A DNA stretch of 62,247 nt, the filler included, from Choristocarpus tenellus KU-1152 (lineage: Eukaryota > Protista > Phaeophyceae), in assembly GCA_964200185.2 (NCBI GenBank). It is 9 parts of 9 records of this genome, joined end to end, with 100 filler letters (N's around TTAATTAATTAA, not from the genome) between each part and the next. Parts side by side here need not be neighbours in the genome. Positions count along the whole stretch, not along the records: positions 24,566 to 33,298 come from CAXNAD020004391.1; positions 33,399 to 48,587 come from CAXNAD020001036.1; 7 more parts are not named here. The stretch is one strand, 5' to 3'. A model generated the notes under the pieces. It was not told the origin of the DNA and did no database searches. It worked only from the letters and a program-made list of their open reading frames with translations. The position numbers were made by a program, and so were the translations under genes. Below, in pieces: positions 24,566-37,300 of this stretch (the first letter of the stretch is position 1; each line of letters opens with the position of its first letter).

Positions 24566-25725
24566 CTGTGTGTGATGTGGATCAACTGAATATCAACTGA
24601 TGCTATACTTCTATCTACTGTCATCGATGTGATGATGAATTGGAATGCGCAATAAATAAATGAACACTAACAACCAGTGCAGTGCACCAATCAACAGTCA
24701 GTACAAGCTGGTAGTGTGTGTATCATATCAACAAGAAACAAATGAGTAGCCTATGTTTTAACATTGTCCAGAGGTTTAATCATATGGGTCGATCCTGGCC
24801 CAGAACTGAGCTTGCAAAAGTTGTATTACATTTCATTCCGAACGGAGGAAGTAGGAGAATTAGAGATAACCCAAAAGTAGAAGCCCACAAATGGACAACG
24901 TTGTAAACAAAACCACGGTGACATTTCTCTCTGCCTTGGGTGTGAGGTCTACAGACTACTCGAGCAGTACCTTTTACAATGCGCGTCACGAGATATTGTG
25001 GGACACTTCAGTAATGTACCTTGTCTAGAGACTGTAGGAGAAACGAGAGACACAATTTCAAGACGCTCCCAGCAGTACCTTAGCCTTGATGAGATGTATA
25101 GCTCCAATTCAGAATTCTGTAGGCTGATGATGAGCCTTTGCTGGCTTGTGCTGTCACTTTGTGTATATAAAGGGGAAATAACAATTTTGCGTGCACTATT
25201 GCATGTAAGGCAATGAAATAGAGTGCGTCATACAGGGTAAGAACGATGGATTGGGATGCAAAAGGGTCCAAACCTGCCTAATTCTTGATTGGTTTGGCCT
25301 TGTCTCATCTTGTTTGAATTACTCCTTATATATATATATATATGTGCTTCATGAACAGGGAATCTGTTAAATGCAGACTCAGTCTTTGACGGCTAGGTGC
25401 AAGGATTATTAAATACATTGGAACTTTGAAGAATATTTTGTTCTCTTACGTGGAACAAGATAGTCATTTCTTGTTTGCAAAGGGTGGTTTGGATTTGCTG
25501 ACAATGAGACCGACCAAAATAAGGCCAATGATGGCATGATGCCTTGCCAATCTATGTGCATGCATCTCCTTGTGTTGAATTTGAGCACCTTGAGGAGGAT
25601 AACATGCTCGTCTACCATTATTGTGATGAGTTTATTACTAGTTGCTCATTGTGTGTAACTGAGTGTGCGTGAGGTGCATTGACTCCATCGCCCCAAGATG
25701 ATCGTCTGTATTCTCACTTACTCAT

Positions 25726-25775
25726 AGTAGCAGTAGCAGTAGCAGTAGCAGTAGCAGTAGCAGTATATTAGTAGT

Positions 25776-25825
<50 letters not shown>
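25726..25825. repeat. Compound microsatellite (AGTAGC)n-(AGC)n-(AGT)n
   Basis: Directly visible. Confidence 0.95.
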
Positions 25826-26849
25826 AATCTCTGGTAGCACTAACACACTACTACTACCACCACTCCCTATTACTTACTAACAAAGTACTTATGGGTAGTA
25901 GTGATAGGTGACAACGAATATAATGGGATGGATTGCTCATGAACAAGTAGATGCTGCCACTACTACTGGCACACTATGCATAGTAATGTTAAAACTGCTA
26001 CGACAACTACAACTACCATTATTGCCAGGACCTGTAACAACAACAACAATAAGCAACGAGGAGGAGGATACTAATAATAGAGGTAAAATAGCAGCAATGT
26101 TCTATTTGGTTACTACTCTGAGTCAAAGTAAACAAGAGTTGCATTTTATGGATGAGGGAAAAAAATCTCATTAGCTGGCACTGCTGGTGGTAGAATGCGA
26201 AGGGTACATGTCCATGCAATAGGAAGACAATGGTTGGGTCCATAGTGTTATAGAGGGGAGGGTGTTTAGCCTGGGTTGTACATTTGGAGCTTGATGGGAT
26301 GTAGAGGATACCCCAGTTTGATGCACATTTTGCGGACGATTTTCCTTCAGGTTTGGTTCAGACAGGGCGATGGAAAATAAAGGTGTGTTCAGATAAGGAA
26401 AATACCCTTACATCTGACAAGTTCACTCAGATTGCATGAAAATCACTCCAGGTTCACAGAGATACATACATATATACATACACACATAGATTATTACATG
26501 CATGCATACTCTCCTAATAAAGGAACAAGAGATGCGGAAAAAGAAAAATGAGACAACATTGTATGCTGAGGTACACCAGGTGCAAGTTCAGGACGGGAAC
26601 AAGTTTCGACTCTTTTATTTTGTTCGTATTAAAAACATTTGGGTGCTGTTAAAGAACGTGGAACAAAAAAGAAATGCCAAAAAGACGATTTTCCCTTCAA
26701 TGTTTGTTAATTTTTAAGCCCCAAGATGCAAATATGTCACATTTAACCCAAATGTTGGGGACACTTTAACGGTCCAGTTCTGTGACCGAGACGAAATTCC
26801 AATTTTTTGGGGGGTGTTTCTGTTTCACTCCCCTACGTTTCACCCACAT

Positions 26850-27290
26850 TACAGGAACAGTATGGTCCACTAATAACACTCCTCACCTCTTACAAAGTGA
26901 CCACACCTCGTACATTGCCTTGTGTCACCGCCACCAAATTCCATTCTTCGTTATTTCGCCTCGTTTCTTATTCCTCCATAATTCGACAATGTTTTGGGCA
27001 CTGTATGACACTTTGGCACAGTATTAACACTCCTCTCATCTCTTCAAACGTAGACTTCACCAATGTTGCTACAGGAGCAGTATGACCTGTCACTAACACT
27101 CCTCAAGTCTTACTTACAAAGTGACCTATATCTCATACCTTCCCTTACGTCGCCACCACGAATCTTCGTGTGTTTTTTGCCATGTTTTTTGCCATGTTTT
27201 TTCCCTCTTTCATACTTAATGTTCCAAGAACAGTACGTACGACTTCCACCTGGTGTTTAATGCTCCTCATCTCTTATTCGCCTACTAGAC
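26850..27290. repeat. Diverged ~220-bp tandem duplication with internal sub-repeats
   Basis: agg(a)acagtatg..taacactcctca..ttacaaagtgacc..cgccacca near 26852 and 27072. Confidence 0.65.
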
Positions 27291-28581
27291 TTTAGCTAAA
27301 TTCCCATTGCTCCTTCTATCTATTGCTACGGGTATTCTATCTTGTATGAAATAGTGTGTTGCAATTTACAAGTATATAGACCGTATATTCCTCATCTGCC
27401 CCACCTTCCACATCTTCAGCAATACGTAATGTGTGAGTTAAGGAGGCCAGAATAGGGAGGTGAGTTGGAATATTTGTCGAGAAATGTAAACCGTAGTATG
27501 ATAAGTACTCAATCTCTGCCCCGCTGATCGCACCTCTAACAATAGGCAGGTGCTGCTTGATTCCACGAGGAGGTATGAAAAGGAGGTGTGGTGGGACAAT
27601 GAACTGGAATTATACTCATCAAGTCGTACCTATTTTGTTACGTATATTGCGTTGTCGGTGTTTCAGAAATGGTGTAATTCGCAGTGTTAGTTACAACGAA
27701 CACACTGATGATAATCTAAAAAGGCTAGAATGTATTCACTCCAACTCGCATTTTCATATTGCTGTGAATGTTAGGGCGATCCTATATCTTCTTTCCCCTA
27801 CCAACACATTGAGGCAGTATATAATGTTTTCTCTTCCCATCCTTCACCTGTACCTACGCAAAATGAAGTATAACCTTGTTAACTCTCCCTCCCTCAAGGA
27901 CCAACAACCTCACTTCTCCACGATATCGGTATCTAGTACGAAATGGAGGTAGGCAGGTCAGAAACGAGAACCCCCCACCTCAATCTCCTCTGTGCCCGCT
28001 GCTTCGATATATGTACCTCCCAATGAAGAGATGCATACTACTTCGAAGTAGAAGTTGCTGCCATAGTATTCACAATAGTCAATACTCACAATCTCCTGGA
28101 GAGAAGCAAACTTAGACCACAACCCCAATGCAATACAGGGCATTAGACTGCAGCAGTAAATATCCTCTGACCCCAAAGGCGAAGGAGTCTCCACTGTGCT
28201 GAAGTAATAATTTGGTGCATTTGAATGTTTCGAGAAACAACACATGTTTAGATGGTGTATGACACGTCGCTTCCAATTTGGATTCAATATGCCCTTGAGT
28301 AACTAGATGAAACACGAAACTCTCCCCATCTCTATAATATGTGGAACATCCAGTTATAGTTCCCCTCCATGGAAGAATACTCAATGTTGGAAGCAGCGAA
28401 GGACATCTCTGTTTGTTGATGGATGCCCACACTATGGAACATGTATGAATAGTCACTGGTCGTGTATACTTGAAAAAACAACAGATGTTGATATCGGAGT
28501 GAGCAGGTGTGATATATGTGCAAACCCTTGTGGGAGCCTGTGTCTCGAGGAATGCTTTTAAAGTTTGGGGACAGGGGGATG

Positions 28582-28724
28582 ATGTGAAGGTGTCTTAGAG
28601 GGTATGAATTTTGCCCTGTTTGTCCACTTGGGGCTTGGCTTCCCATGGGTTTTTAATGACATTTTCCTACTCCAAAATGTTTCCAAGTAGGCAAAATGTG
28701 TATGTCACGAAAAGGTGTGTCCTG
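28582..28724. mobile_element. MITE family A, truncated
   Basis: TCTTAGAGGGTATGAATTTTGCCCTGTTTGTCCACTTGGGGCTTGGCTTCCC; no second TIR. Confidence 0.8.
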
Positions 28725-29286
28725 CCACATACATTTATGGTTCAACTGCACAACGTACTAGCTCTCTATGACTGCATATCGCACTGGAGGCGTCAGGAGA
28801 TACTTTCCCCACAATCTCTCTCTCGAGGTACACCATAGGCTATATAGACGTACACATTCTGAGCTGCAGGTGCTATCACCACCAAGGGGGGGGTCCCATT
28901 CACCAATCGTCCACCATAGCTGGAAAACGTTGGCAACCACTTTTTTGTACAATGCCATCAACCCCAGTAAACGGTCAATGTATTACTCCTGGATAGATGT
29001 TGATTTGGAGGCATCCTAAACCTGTGTTTTATACCCCGCCCTACCAGATGTTGACTGGAGGGGAGAGGAAACCTCTGAATGCCTTGCAAAAAAACATAAC
29101 CTCACAGGACGATACACACACGCTTTTCACTCAGCAAGCATAAAATCCTCCGATGTCATACCATACACACATACATTGGCAGGAGGATTGCCTTCTTGGG
29201 CAACCAAAACCTGCCGCATATCTCGAACCCCCGGAGGATCACTCTTGTCCCCCTCGTGTCGCACAGTAAGCTCGCGAAACGTATGT

Positions 29287-29317
<31 letters not shown>

Positions 29318-29873
29318 GACCGGTGGGTACCACTCAATCCTCCACCGAGGTAGACAAGGGAGTGAGGAGAACTAGTGCCTCGGCACTCTACTGTCATTCA
29401 TCCACTGACCATCGTGGATCACAGTGCCGTTAGCACTCCACAGCGTACCCTGCACAGTGCCACAAGACACGTAGGGGCAGGTGAGAAGGAAGGCGAGATA
29501 AGACATGAATTTGAGATCGTTGGTTTATACTGAGTGACGGATTGCATAATCGAACCTTGGGGCTATCTGCACTAGTTGAAATAAGTTGAAGCTTTCTGAT
29601 CTCACGGCCACATTCCACCATCCGACTTCCTGCGAGTCCAAACCCTGGCACAAATTGGTTCTTAGACTTCATGAAGCATGCATGGCGGTAGTCAAGTCGG
29701 TCCAAGCCTCTGCTCGGTGTCCAACGATCCCACTGCTTCCTCCATTGCTCCCCCATATGCATACCGCACCACAAGAAAAATACAACCTGCTCGCAACACA
29801 CAGAAATATACACTACACGTGGCACAGGCGTTCAAAACGACGAGAGAGTGGCGGGGAGGGGCGGGTGATATAC

Positions 29874-30527
29874 CTTGCCGTGCCTCTTGTTGTTCCAGAA
29901 GTCTCCAATGTACTCCCTCCTGTTCTCATACACCATCGTTCCCTTTAATGTCGTTCCAACCGGAATTCGGAAGAGAAGAAGGGACGAGTGAGAGCCCCTG
30001 GCAAGAGTGCTGTGAAAAATGGTTTGTTACGATGTAGTAGTGAGTGCAGTTTTGGGACTCATTTCGATCGTTTTTTCGTACCTTGCCATGCCTGCGGCCG
30101 TTCTTCCATTCACCGTCGTACGTGCTGCCATCTTTGTACCACATCTTACCCTGTATGGTTAAAGCAGAGTGGGGGGAGGTGGGAAGGCTGGGGTGGTTGT
30201 TTGGATCTCAGGCACAAGTAAAGAGGGAGGCGTAAAACCTCACCAAACGGAGACATCGCAGGCACAACAAACTGTGTCGTCGTGTACTGCCGGTTTCGGC
30301 GATCCAACAGGTGGAGTGAGGAGACCAAATGGGGACATCCTATTCTGATTCGATCTAAAGTCGAGACCAAATAGGGGCTATCTATTTGAATCCCATCTGA
30401 AAGTCGAGACCAAATTGGAATCATCTATTTGAATGGGAGACTGCTGTTCGTGCCAAGATACCTTGCCATCCCTCTTGCCACCATTGCCTTTCCCTCCACG
30501 ATACTTGTCACCATTGGCGTACGCCAT
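29874..30527 (-). CDS. MORN-repeat protein, 5' exons
   Basis: Phase-0 exons 30527-30462 (MAYANGDKYRGGKGNGGKRDGK), 30150-30082 (GKMWYKDGSTYDGEWKNGRRHGK) and 29942-29874 (GTMVYENRREYIGDFWNNKRHGK). Downstream exons not resolved. Confidence 0.85.
30321..30437. repeat. 42-43-bp minisatellite, 3 units, in MORN intron 1
   Basis: gagaccaaat at 30321, 30363 and 30406. Confidence 0.8.
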
Positions 30528-30939
30528 CCAGCCCTTGTTCTTATTTCGTTTTGTGGGGGGCGTTGAAGATGTGGTGCGATGGTTCAGAGATGATTCAGCG
30601 TCGATAAAGGTTACGCTTCAAGCTGAAGCGATGGGTCGATGATTAGAGGCAACCCCCTACCGTACCGCTGCGCGCCCTTTCAGACGAGGATCGCTCATCG
30701 TGTTAGAGATGCTTCCTCTAGTCCTATCTTCGGAACCCAGATTTGGGGAGTCCAAAGGATGGTATTTTCGCCAAAGTTGAACCTTGTATTCGTACGCTCA
30801 CCTTTCTCCTGTTGTTCTTCTTCTTGGTTCTATGTCCTCCATTCCTAACGCCGAGCCCTAAAGTATTTCCCATCCTTTGTAATTTTCGAAGTTATGAGGT
30901 GGTTAGCACTAAAGGTGGTTGTGTCTAACGTACAGTAGT

Positions 30940-32750
30940 GGTGGTTGTGATGATTTTGTGGGATGACATACACAACAGAAAAGGCGACAAAACACACTAA
31001 AGGAATTAGACATTCTGTCTTTTCTCCCTCCTTCAATTTGCAGTAGTTCTTTATGGTACATTTCCAATACTTCGGTTGAATTCATAACCACAAGAACCGT
31101 TCCAGGACTGATACAAAACCTGTAGACGATCAAAAACTTTCCTTCTGTTATTCGAGATACGTATTGTGTATAATGTATGCGTAGAAGTATACGTTAGTAT
31201 TTAATGAAAATCACTTAGGAATTGATGGTGTTGGGATCATTACATTGTTTAGGATTAATACCCGTTATTAGGTCGGCGTCCCGACACTCCAATGAACAGA
31301 AGCGTGAAGGTTGAACCTGGTAATTCGCACAATTTCCAACCAGTCCCTTTTCTTCCTTCTTTTTATTCTTGGTTCCCTGACCTCTAGACCCCACACCAAG
31401 TAGTACTTAGATAATTGTTATCATTCGAACTTTGCGAAGTTACCACCCGATGGCCCTTCTAAAGATCGTTGTGTGTGGTTGTGTGTGTGTGTGCATTGTG
31501 TATGTGCAGGACCGTTGTGGAGGCGATTGTGGATGACATATATATATATATATATAGATAGAGAGAGAGAGAGAGAGAGACAGAGAGAGAGAGAAAAGAG
31601 ACAAGTCAACACTAGACACGAAAGGAATTTGACATTCTGTTATCTCCTTGTGCATGGTTGATTGTATGGGATGACATATGAAATCAATAGCCAAGGCAAC
31701 GAGAAGTTAAGAAAGGAATTTGACATTCTGTATCTACTTCAATTTAGTTGCGGGTGGTTGATTTCCAATATTGGGTCAAAGTATCTGGGGGGGGGTGGTT
31801 TGTCAGGGGGCGTCCGTTCCGGTCAAACAACTCTTTCTTTTGCTGACATTTCAAATCTGATACGTGCGACCAAATCACACCAAAAAAGTGAAAATGGAAA
31901 AAGGGTGAAAGAAGGACACCGACACCCCCTCCCCAGATACTTTGACCCATTTCGGGTGAATTCATATCCACAAGCATCATTCCAGGACAAATACAAAGAT
32001 GGTAACAAACTACGAACCTCCTTTGAAATTCTACGTACGTAATATATATATTTTATTACTTGTATACTACATAGTAATTATATGTTAAGACAGTAAGTTC
32101 GTTGGATGACCTAGGAATTCGTGATGTGAGACTCTTTCCCTTCATGTTATTTGTTCCTGTCTGAGGAGCTGGATGGTGGATAGACGAGGTACCACCAAGA
32201 AAGCAAGGCCTTGTTGAACCTAGTATACGCACGCTTCCCTTGTCGTTCGTCTTCTGTGTCCACTATCCTCTAGCCTGCCGTCCAAGCACTAACGTAAGCC
32301 CCATCCTTTCGACTCTTGTTTGCGAGTACGCTATTCCACCAAACGGTGATAAAGATGGTTGGTTGCATGCGTGTGTGTGTGTCTGTGTGTGTGTATGTGT
32401 GTGTGTACAATGTGCAATGGTCATTGGTTGTGGATGGCACACACCAGCCAATCAGAGATGAAAAACGAATTCGACATTCTGTTCTTCCTTCGGCTTTTTC
32501 AGTCATTCTGAATGCTGGGTGGGTTTATCTTCATTATTTCGGTTGAACTGATGATAGTCACACACACAAGCACCATTCCAGGACTGATACATCATATGTC
32601 ACTCACCAATCACGAAGTATTCTTCTTACACACTTCGAATTGCTCCCTCGCTCTCTCTCTCCATATATATTATGTATTACTGACTACTATGTATTGCATA
32701 CGTATGTAGCAGTATGTAGTGTGTATCTATGCGCTAGTAATTTAGTAGTT
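30940..32750. repeat. Cluster of 3-4 diverged copies of a ~300-bp repeat
   Basis: GAATT.GACATTCTGT near 31004, 31625, 31716 and 32467, followed in three copies by TTCGG.TGAA..CACAAG.A.C.TTCCAGGAC. Confidence 0.75.
31773..31948. mobile_element. MITE family C (176 bp)
   Basis: ATT|GGGTCAAAGTATCTGGGG ... CCCCAGATACTTTGACCC|ATT; the paralogous repeat at ~31062-31084 shows the empty site. Confidence 0.9.
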
Positions 32751-33106
32751 GTACCGCTCGAGGACAGGTAAGGAGATTCAATTTAAATACAGAGAAAAAT
32801 ATATCCAAGTCCCATCCAACGGGGCCACCGCTCAATCTAATATGGAGTCGGGAGCACAAAACAACAATGAGAGAACATTGGCAGAACAGGAAGAAAAGAG
32901 CCGGTAGACACGCGCATCCCTATATGCGGTGGTACATGTGGACACTACTACAATGGAGGCGTGGTCATAGCAAGCAAGTTTGGGTATATAAGGCCAAGCC
33001 TCCACGACCTTTTCAGACATAAAATTAAATGAATGTCACTTCCAGGTCCTACCATATCGGTAGGCAACGTTGGGGATCCAGGGGAGGAGGAAACCTGGAG
33101 GGAAAG

Positions 33107-33298
33107 GGCTCAAGGTATGCGGAGGGGGTGGCGGCTGTCCATTTGGGGTCAATATTCCATGTCACGATTTTTAGGTGATTTGGTTGCACACGTCGGATGG
33201 ATATTGTAAATGCACCTTTCCTGGTTTTGGCACAAATGGACACCCTGGTGTAGACCCCCCCCCCCACCCCCACCCCCACCCCCCCACCCACCCGCCCA
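33107..33298. mobile_element. MITE family B, cut by contig end
   Basis: GGCTCAAGGTAT..GTCCATTTGGGGTCAA...CAAATGGACACCCTGGTGTAGACCC + C-run. Confidence 0.85.
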
Positions 33299-33398
33299 NN
33301 NNNNNNNNNNNNNNNNNNNNNNNNNNNNNNNNNNNNNNNNNNTTAATTAATTAANNNNNNNNNNNNNNNNNNNNNNNNNNNNNNNNNNNNNNNNNNNN
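33299..33398. other. Artificial contig linker
   Basis: N44-TTAATTAATTAA-N44. Confidence 0.99.
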
Positions 33399-33443
33399 TC
33401 TGTCATATTCCTTACTAGTGGAATTTTGGGTACAGATAATTCG

Positions 33444-33618
33444 CGGGGGGGAGGGGGGGGGGGGGGTCTACACCATGGTATCTATTTGGACCATAATCAA
33501 GAAAAGTGCACTTACATTATCCTTCCGACACATGCAACCAAATCACCCAAAAATCGTGACATAAAAAATTTGACCCCAAATGGACAGCCGCTACCCCCCC
33601 CTCTAGCTACTTTGAGTC
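33444..33618. mobile_element. MITE family B (one TIR lost)
   Basis: G-run GTCTACACC...CCCCAAATGGACAGCCG..TACTTTGAGTC. Confidence 0.85.
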
Positions 33619-34339
33619 TGTTGCTTAATGTACATATCTTTCCTTGTCGATATTATTGTATGAGATATCTCAAGTTTAATTTTTCCCCATGTTTTCTAGG
33701 AAGCTGCACCATGCTACTTCATTGATACCATATCTGGTGCAGTCTGACCCTGACAGTGTAAAAATGGTCTGGTAACGGTCTGAGATGTGCTCAAGGCAGG
33801 TCTCTGGATAGGAGGTCCTGGATTACACAATCTACTGGTGTGGAGACCATGTAGTGCAATGACAGCAAAAACGTGTAGGCAGTGTCCTGGTAGTTCATTG
33901 GTTGTCAGTTGCAAGGAGAATAGAAGTACCGCCACTACTCTAGAAAAGCCGTTGCCATGTCCTTGTTCTCTTTCCTCTATTTGCGCTGAGTTTCCTATGT
34001 TCTACTTATTATGTACCATTTTTCTCAGGTAAGAAATATAATCCTGAAGCCTCATCTGCATTAAGTTTACCGTAAATTAAGGGAGGGAAGTGTTGAAGGG
34101 GAGAGTGTCAATGCTATTGTTGCACTGTTTGCCCAGGAGTCGGATGCAGCACCATCAAACAGAATGGCCGACACTATAATGCTGATATGATGAATGTGGA
34201 AATTTGAAATACACTCGCTGTGTTGACATAATTCACTTTACTCCTGACCAAAAGCTAATTTATTCAATTTATTCCAGATAGCAAACCTTAATAAATGCCT
34301 AAGCTATTGGTCGTCCATATGGTGTGTGGTTCTGTGTGC

Positions 34340-37300
34340 TCAAGAGTCGGCAAACTTGTAGTTGTAAGCGGCCTCCAGGGTGTTGAGTCTACGACTGGCA
34401 GTAGCAGCAATGCGAGAGAGGAGAGGCTCCCAGGTTTTCCATGTCTCAGAGCGCCCTGCCACTGCTCCTGTTCCCACCCTTGAACAGGACGTACTTGGGT
34501 CCATGGTAAGGACCAGGCCATAGCCCACAACAGATTTGTTCTCACGCGTGCAGCGATCGTGGAAAGGCACAATTAGGTGTCCAGTATGCGCCATAAACGG
34601 GCGAGAGTTGTACTGGTCCCCCTTAACCCCCATCTCTGACTTTTTGTTGTCCCTATCCTTGACCTTGGAATTCACATGGTGACCCTCTACATCACTCACT
34701 GTATTCTCTCCAGTGTAATCATGTGGGGTTACTGCATCTGCCTCCATTCCGGAGGCTGTCACCCCTGTTTTCCCGCCCAAACCTCCTGCTGATCCATATG
34801 TGCTGCCCAAACCGGTTGTCCCTCCCCAATTTTCGGCAGTGCAGAACTCCCATTCATCAGCTAGGAGGCGGAGATGTTCATCAGTCCAGTCTTTATAGCC
34901 CCGAAAGCTTCCACCAAATATCTTTTTCTTTTGCCAACGTTCCAACCTTTTCTTTTCGTGTGGTAAGGGTCTCCACAAGGACCGTAGGACGACCTTCGGA
35001 GATCCCGACCACGTTCGGCCTACGACCAACTCCCACTGCTCAGGTGTAGAGACAGAGTGTACAGGGGGAACCTTTCTCTCACACTTCGTTCTTGCTACAG
35101 CGTCATTGCTTCTCCCGTCTACATTTGTGTCAGCAGGGGATACTGCAGTGGTCTTGGTATTAGCGTAGCTCAGGTAATGACCAGAGGAAGTCGGAATAGA
35201 TGCTTTCCCACTCCTCTGTTTTTTGACAGGGGAGCTTTTCATGACTGAATTTGGAAGTTCGCTGCCATCCACATCTTCCTTGAGTATACCTGATTTCGAA
35301 GAGCATGGGGTTGGGGATCTAGGGGAGGAATGTGGAAACAATCTGTTATCTTCAGGGATTGAGGACACATGCCATATCTCGACCCCTCGAACCCAGGGTA
35401 GACCTTCCACCACTGCCGCCCGGGCCAATCTGTAGACATCATAGATGGCCTAGGGGTCAAGGAGTAACAACACAGGCCAGGAGGGGATGAAAGGATCGTC
35501 CACAGCATATAGTGATGTGGTTGTGTAACTGAAAGGGTGATTGGGTCAAACCGTTTTTCTCTTGGCAAGTGTTACTGAAGAATAATATTTTGTTAATTTC
35601 CCTTTATAATCGATGTGATACATGACAAAATAGTGTACCTGATATAATGGTGACAGTAGTATCCGTGATATATGAGAAGAGGGTAGATCAATGCATTGAA
35701 TAATTAGAGATTTTTTCAATGTCACAGCACATCGTCTGACATCTTACATTCTTCCATCATCCTCTGAAGTCTATCCCACTCCATCCCACTTTTCTTTTTT
35801 GAGACTGAGTACTAAAACTCAGGTTTGATACAACCCTGAATAGGGTGATATTAATTTATCAAGAGTGTGTGGTATGGCAAACCATTATACTATGGCATGT
35901 AGTGAGAACATTTTTGTTGGTCTATGGATGGATCCTCTTACTACACACCCCAATATCCACACCAATCTTGCACTAACTATTGGTACCTGTCTGTCCACCA
36001 AGTTCCCAATGGTGTGGTTGAAATTGGAGGCATTATAGTGTTGTATGTCTACAAGTGGTCCAACAAGGACACTGCGTTAACTCAAACCGTAATTCTATAT
36101 ACACTGCTGAATGTATCCCAAAGTAGAATTAATTGAATAGAGAGAAAAAGGTATTCCAGAGTAGATAGTACAGTTAACACGCTACACTACTCATTATGCG
36201 AGACAGCATTGAAGTCGCTGGTCTTTTAGTTATCTAGTAGAAGTATTCAGTGGCATAGCCTGAGGGTGCCAGAGAATGTTGCACATTTAAGTACCTCTCT
36301 TTCCCGAATGCCTTAATTCTCTCACCTTGTATTTGTGGTTTGCCTGATCCAGAGACACAGATGAGAATGAGAGGGGAGGGTTTGCGTTTCCCCCTTTCTT
36401 GTAAGTCACACTTCGATTGAAATTCGATCCTTCCCGATAAGCAGTAGACAGCGCCTGTTCTCCTGTCTCTGGCCTGGTGTTGGAGGTCCGATTAGATTGA
36501 GAGAGGGGTAGCTCACAGCTTATGCAATAAAAAAATATCTCAAGCTGGTACTATGTTGACTAAGTTGCACGCTTCACAGGCAATCTGACATTTGGTGCAC
36601 ATCTAGAGATAGTATCTACAAGTCACTTACACCTGCTTTTTAACTGCAATTATTCTACACAAAAAGCCTACTGCAGTTCTATCAATTCCGTTTGTTGCTT
36701 TGTTTTCATAGGACTCAAGTGTCAATAGCAAAACATTTGCCAACCTTTTTCGGTGACATGATGACATTACTGGACCTGCACCCCACAAATGGCTCTGCTA
36801 AATCTGCAGACACTATGATATCACTGACCTTGTCATGCCTCCAGTACTCTCCAATGCTCCATCAGTTTTATGCTGGGTTTTGACTCCCTTATCTAGCAGC
36901 TTTGGTGCTTGTACTCCTCCAATTTGCATTCCTCCAATTTGCTTTTGACAAAGGCCTCCCCCAATTGATAGGCCCGGACAAACTGAAGTTTCAATTGCGC
37001 CAAGAAGGAATTCTGTGCGTCGTTGGTGCACAGCAGTAGCAAGAGCTATCCCAATCCTGTGACCAAGACTCACAAGACCAGGCTCTATCATGAATGGACA
37101 ACGGCCTACTACCAGCTCACTGCCCTTCCCAGCATCTTTGTTGTCCCCCCTCCCAGGTATGTTCTCCTCCTTGCCACCCCCCTGCTTCCTGTCCCTGCTG
37201 TTCACCCTTGGATCCTGATTTGAACAACTTGGCAATCCTTGCTGCTGGGGCTGCTCTACAGGGATGAAGGGCAAGTCTGTTGTGATCAGAACCCCAAGGC

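Noticed and set aside
30321-30437. CRISPR-like mini-array
   Set aside because: Whole 42-43-bp units are similar to each other; an intronic minisatellite.
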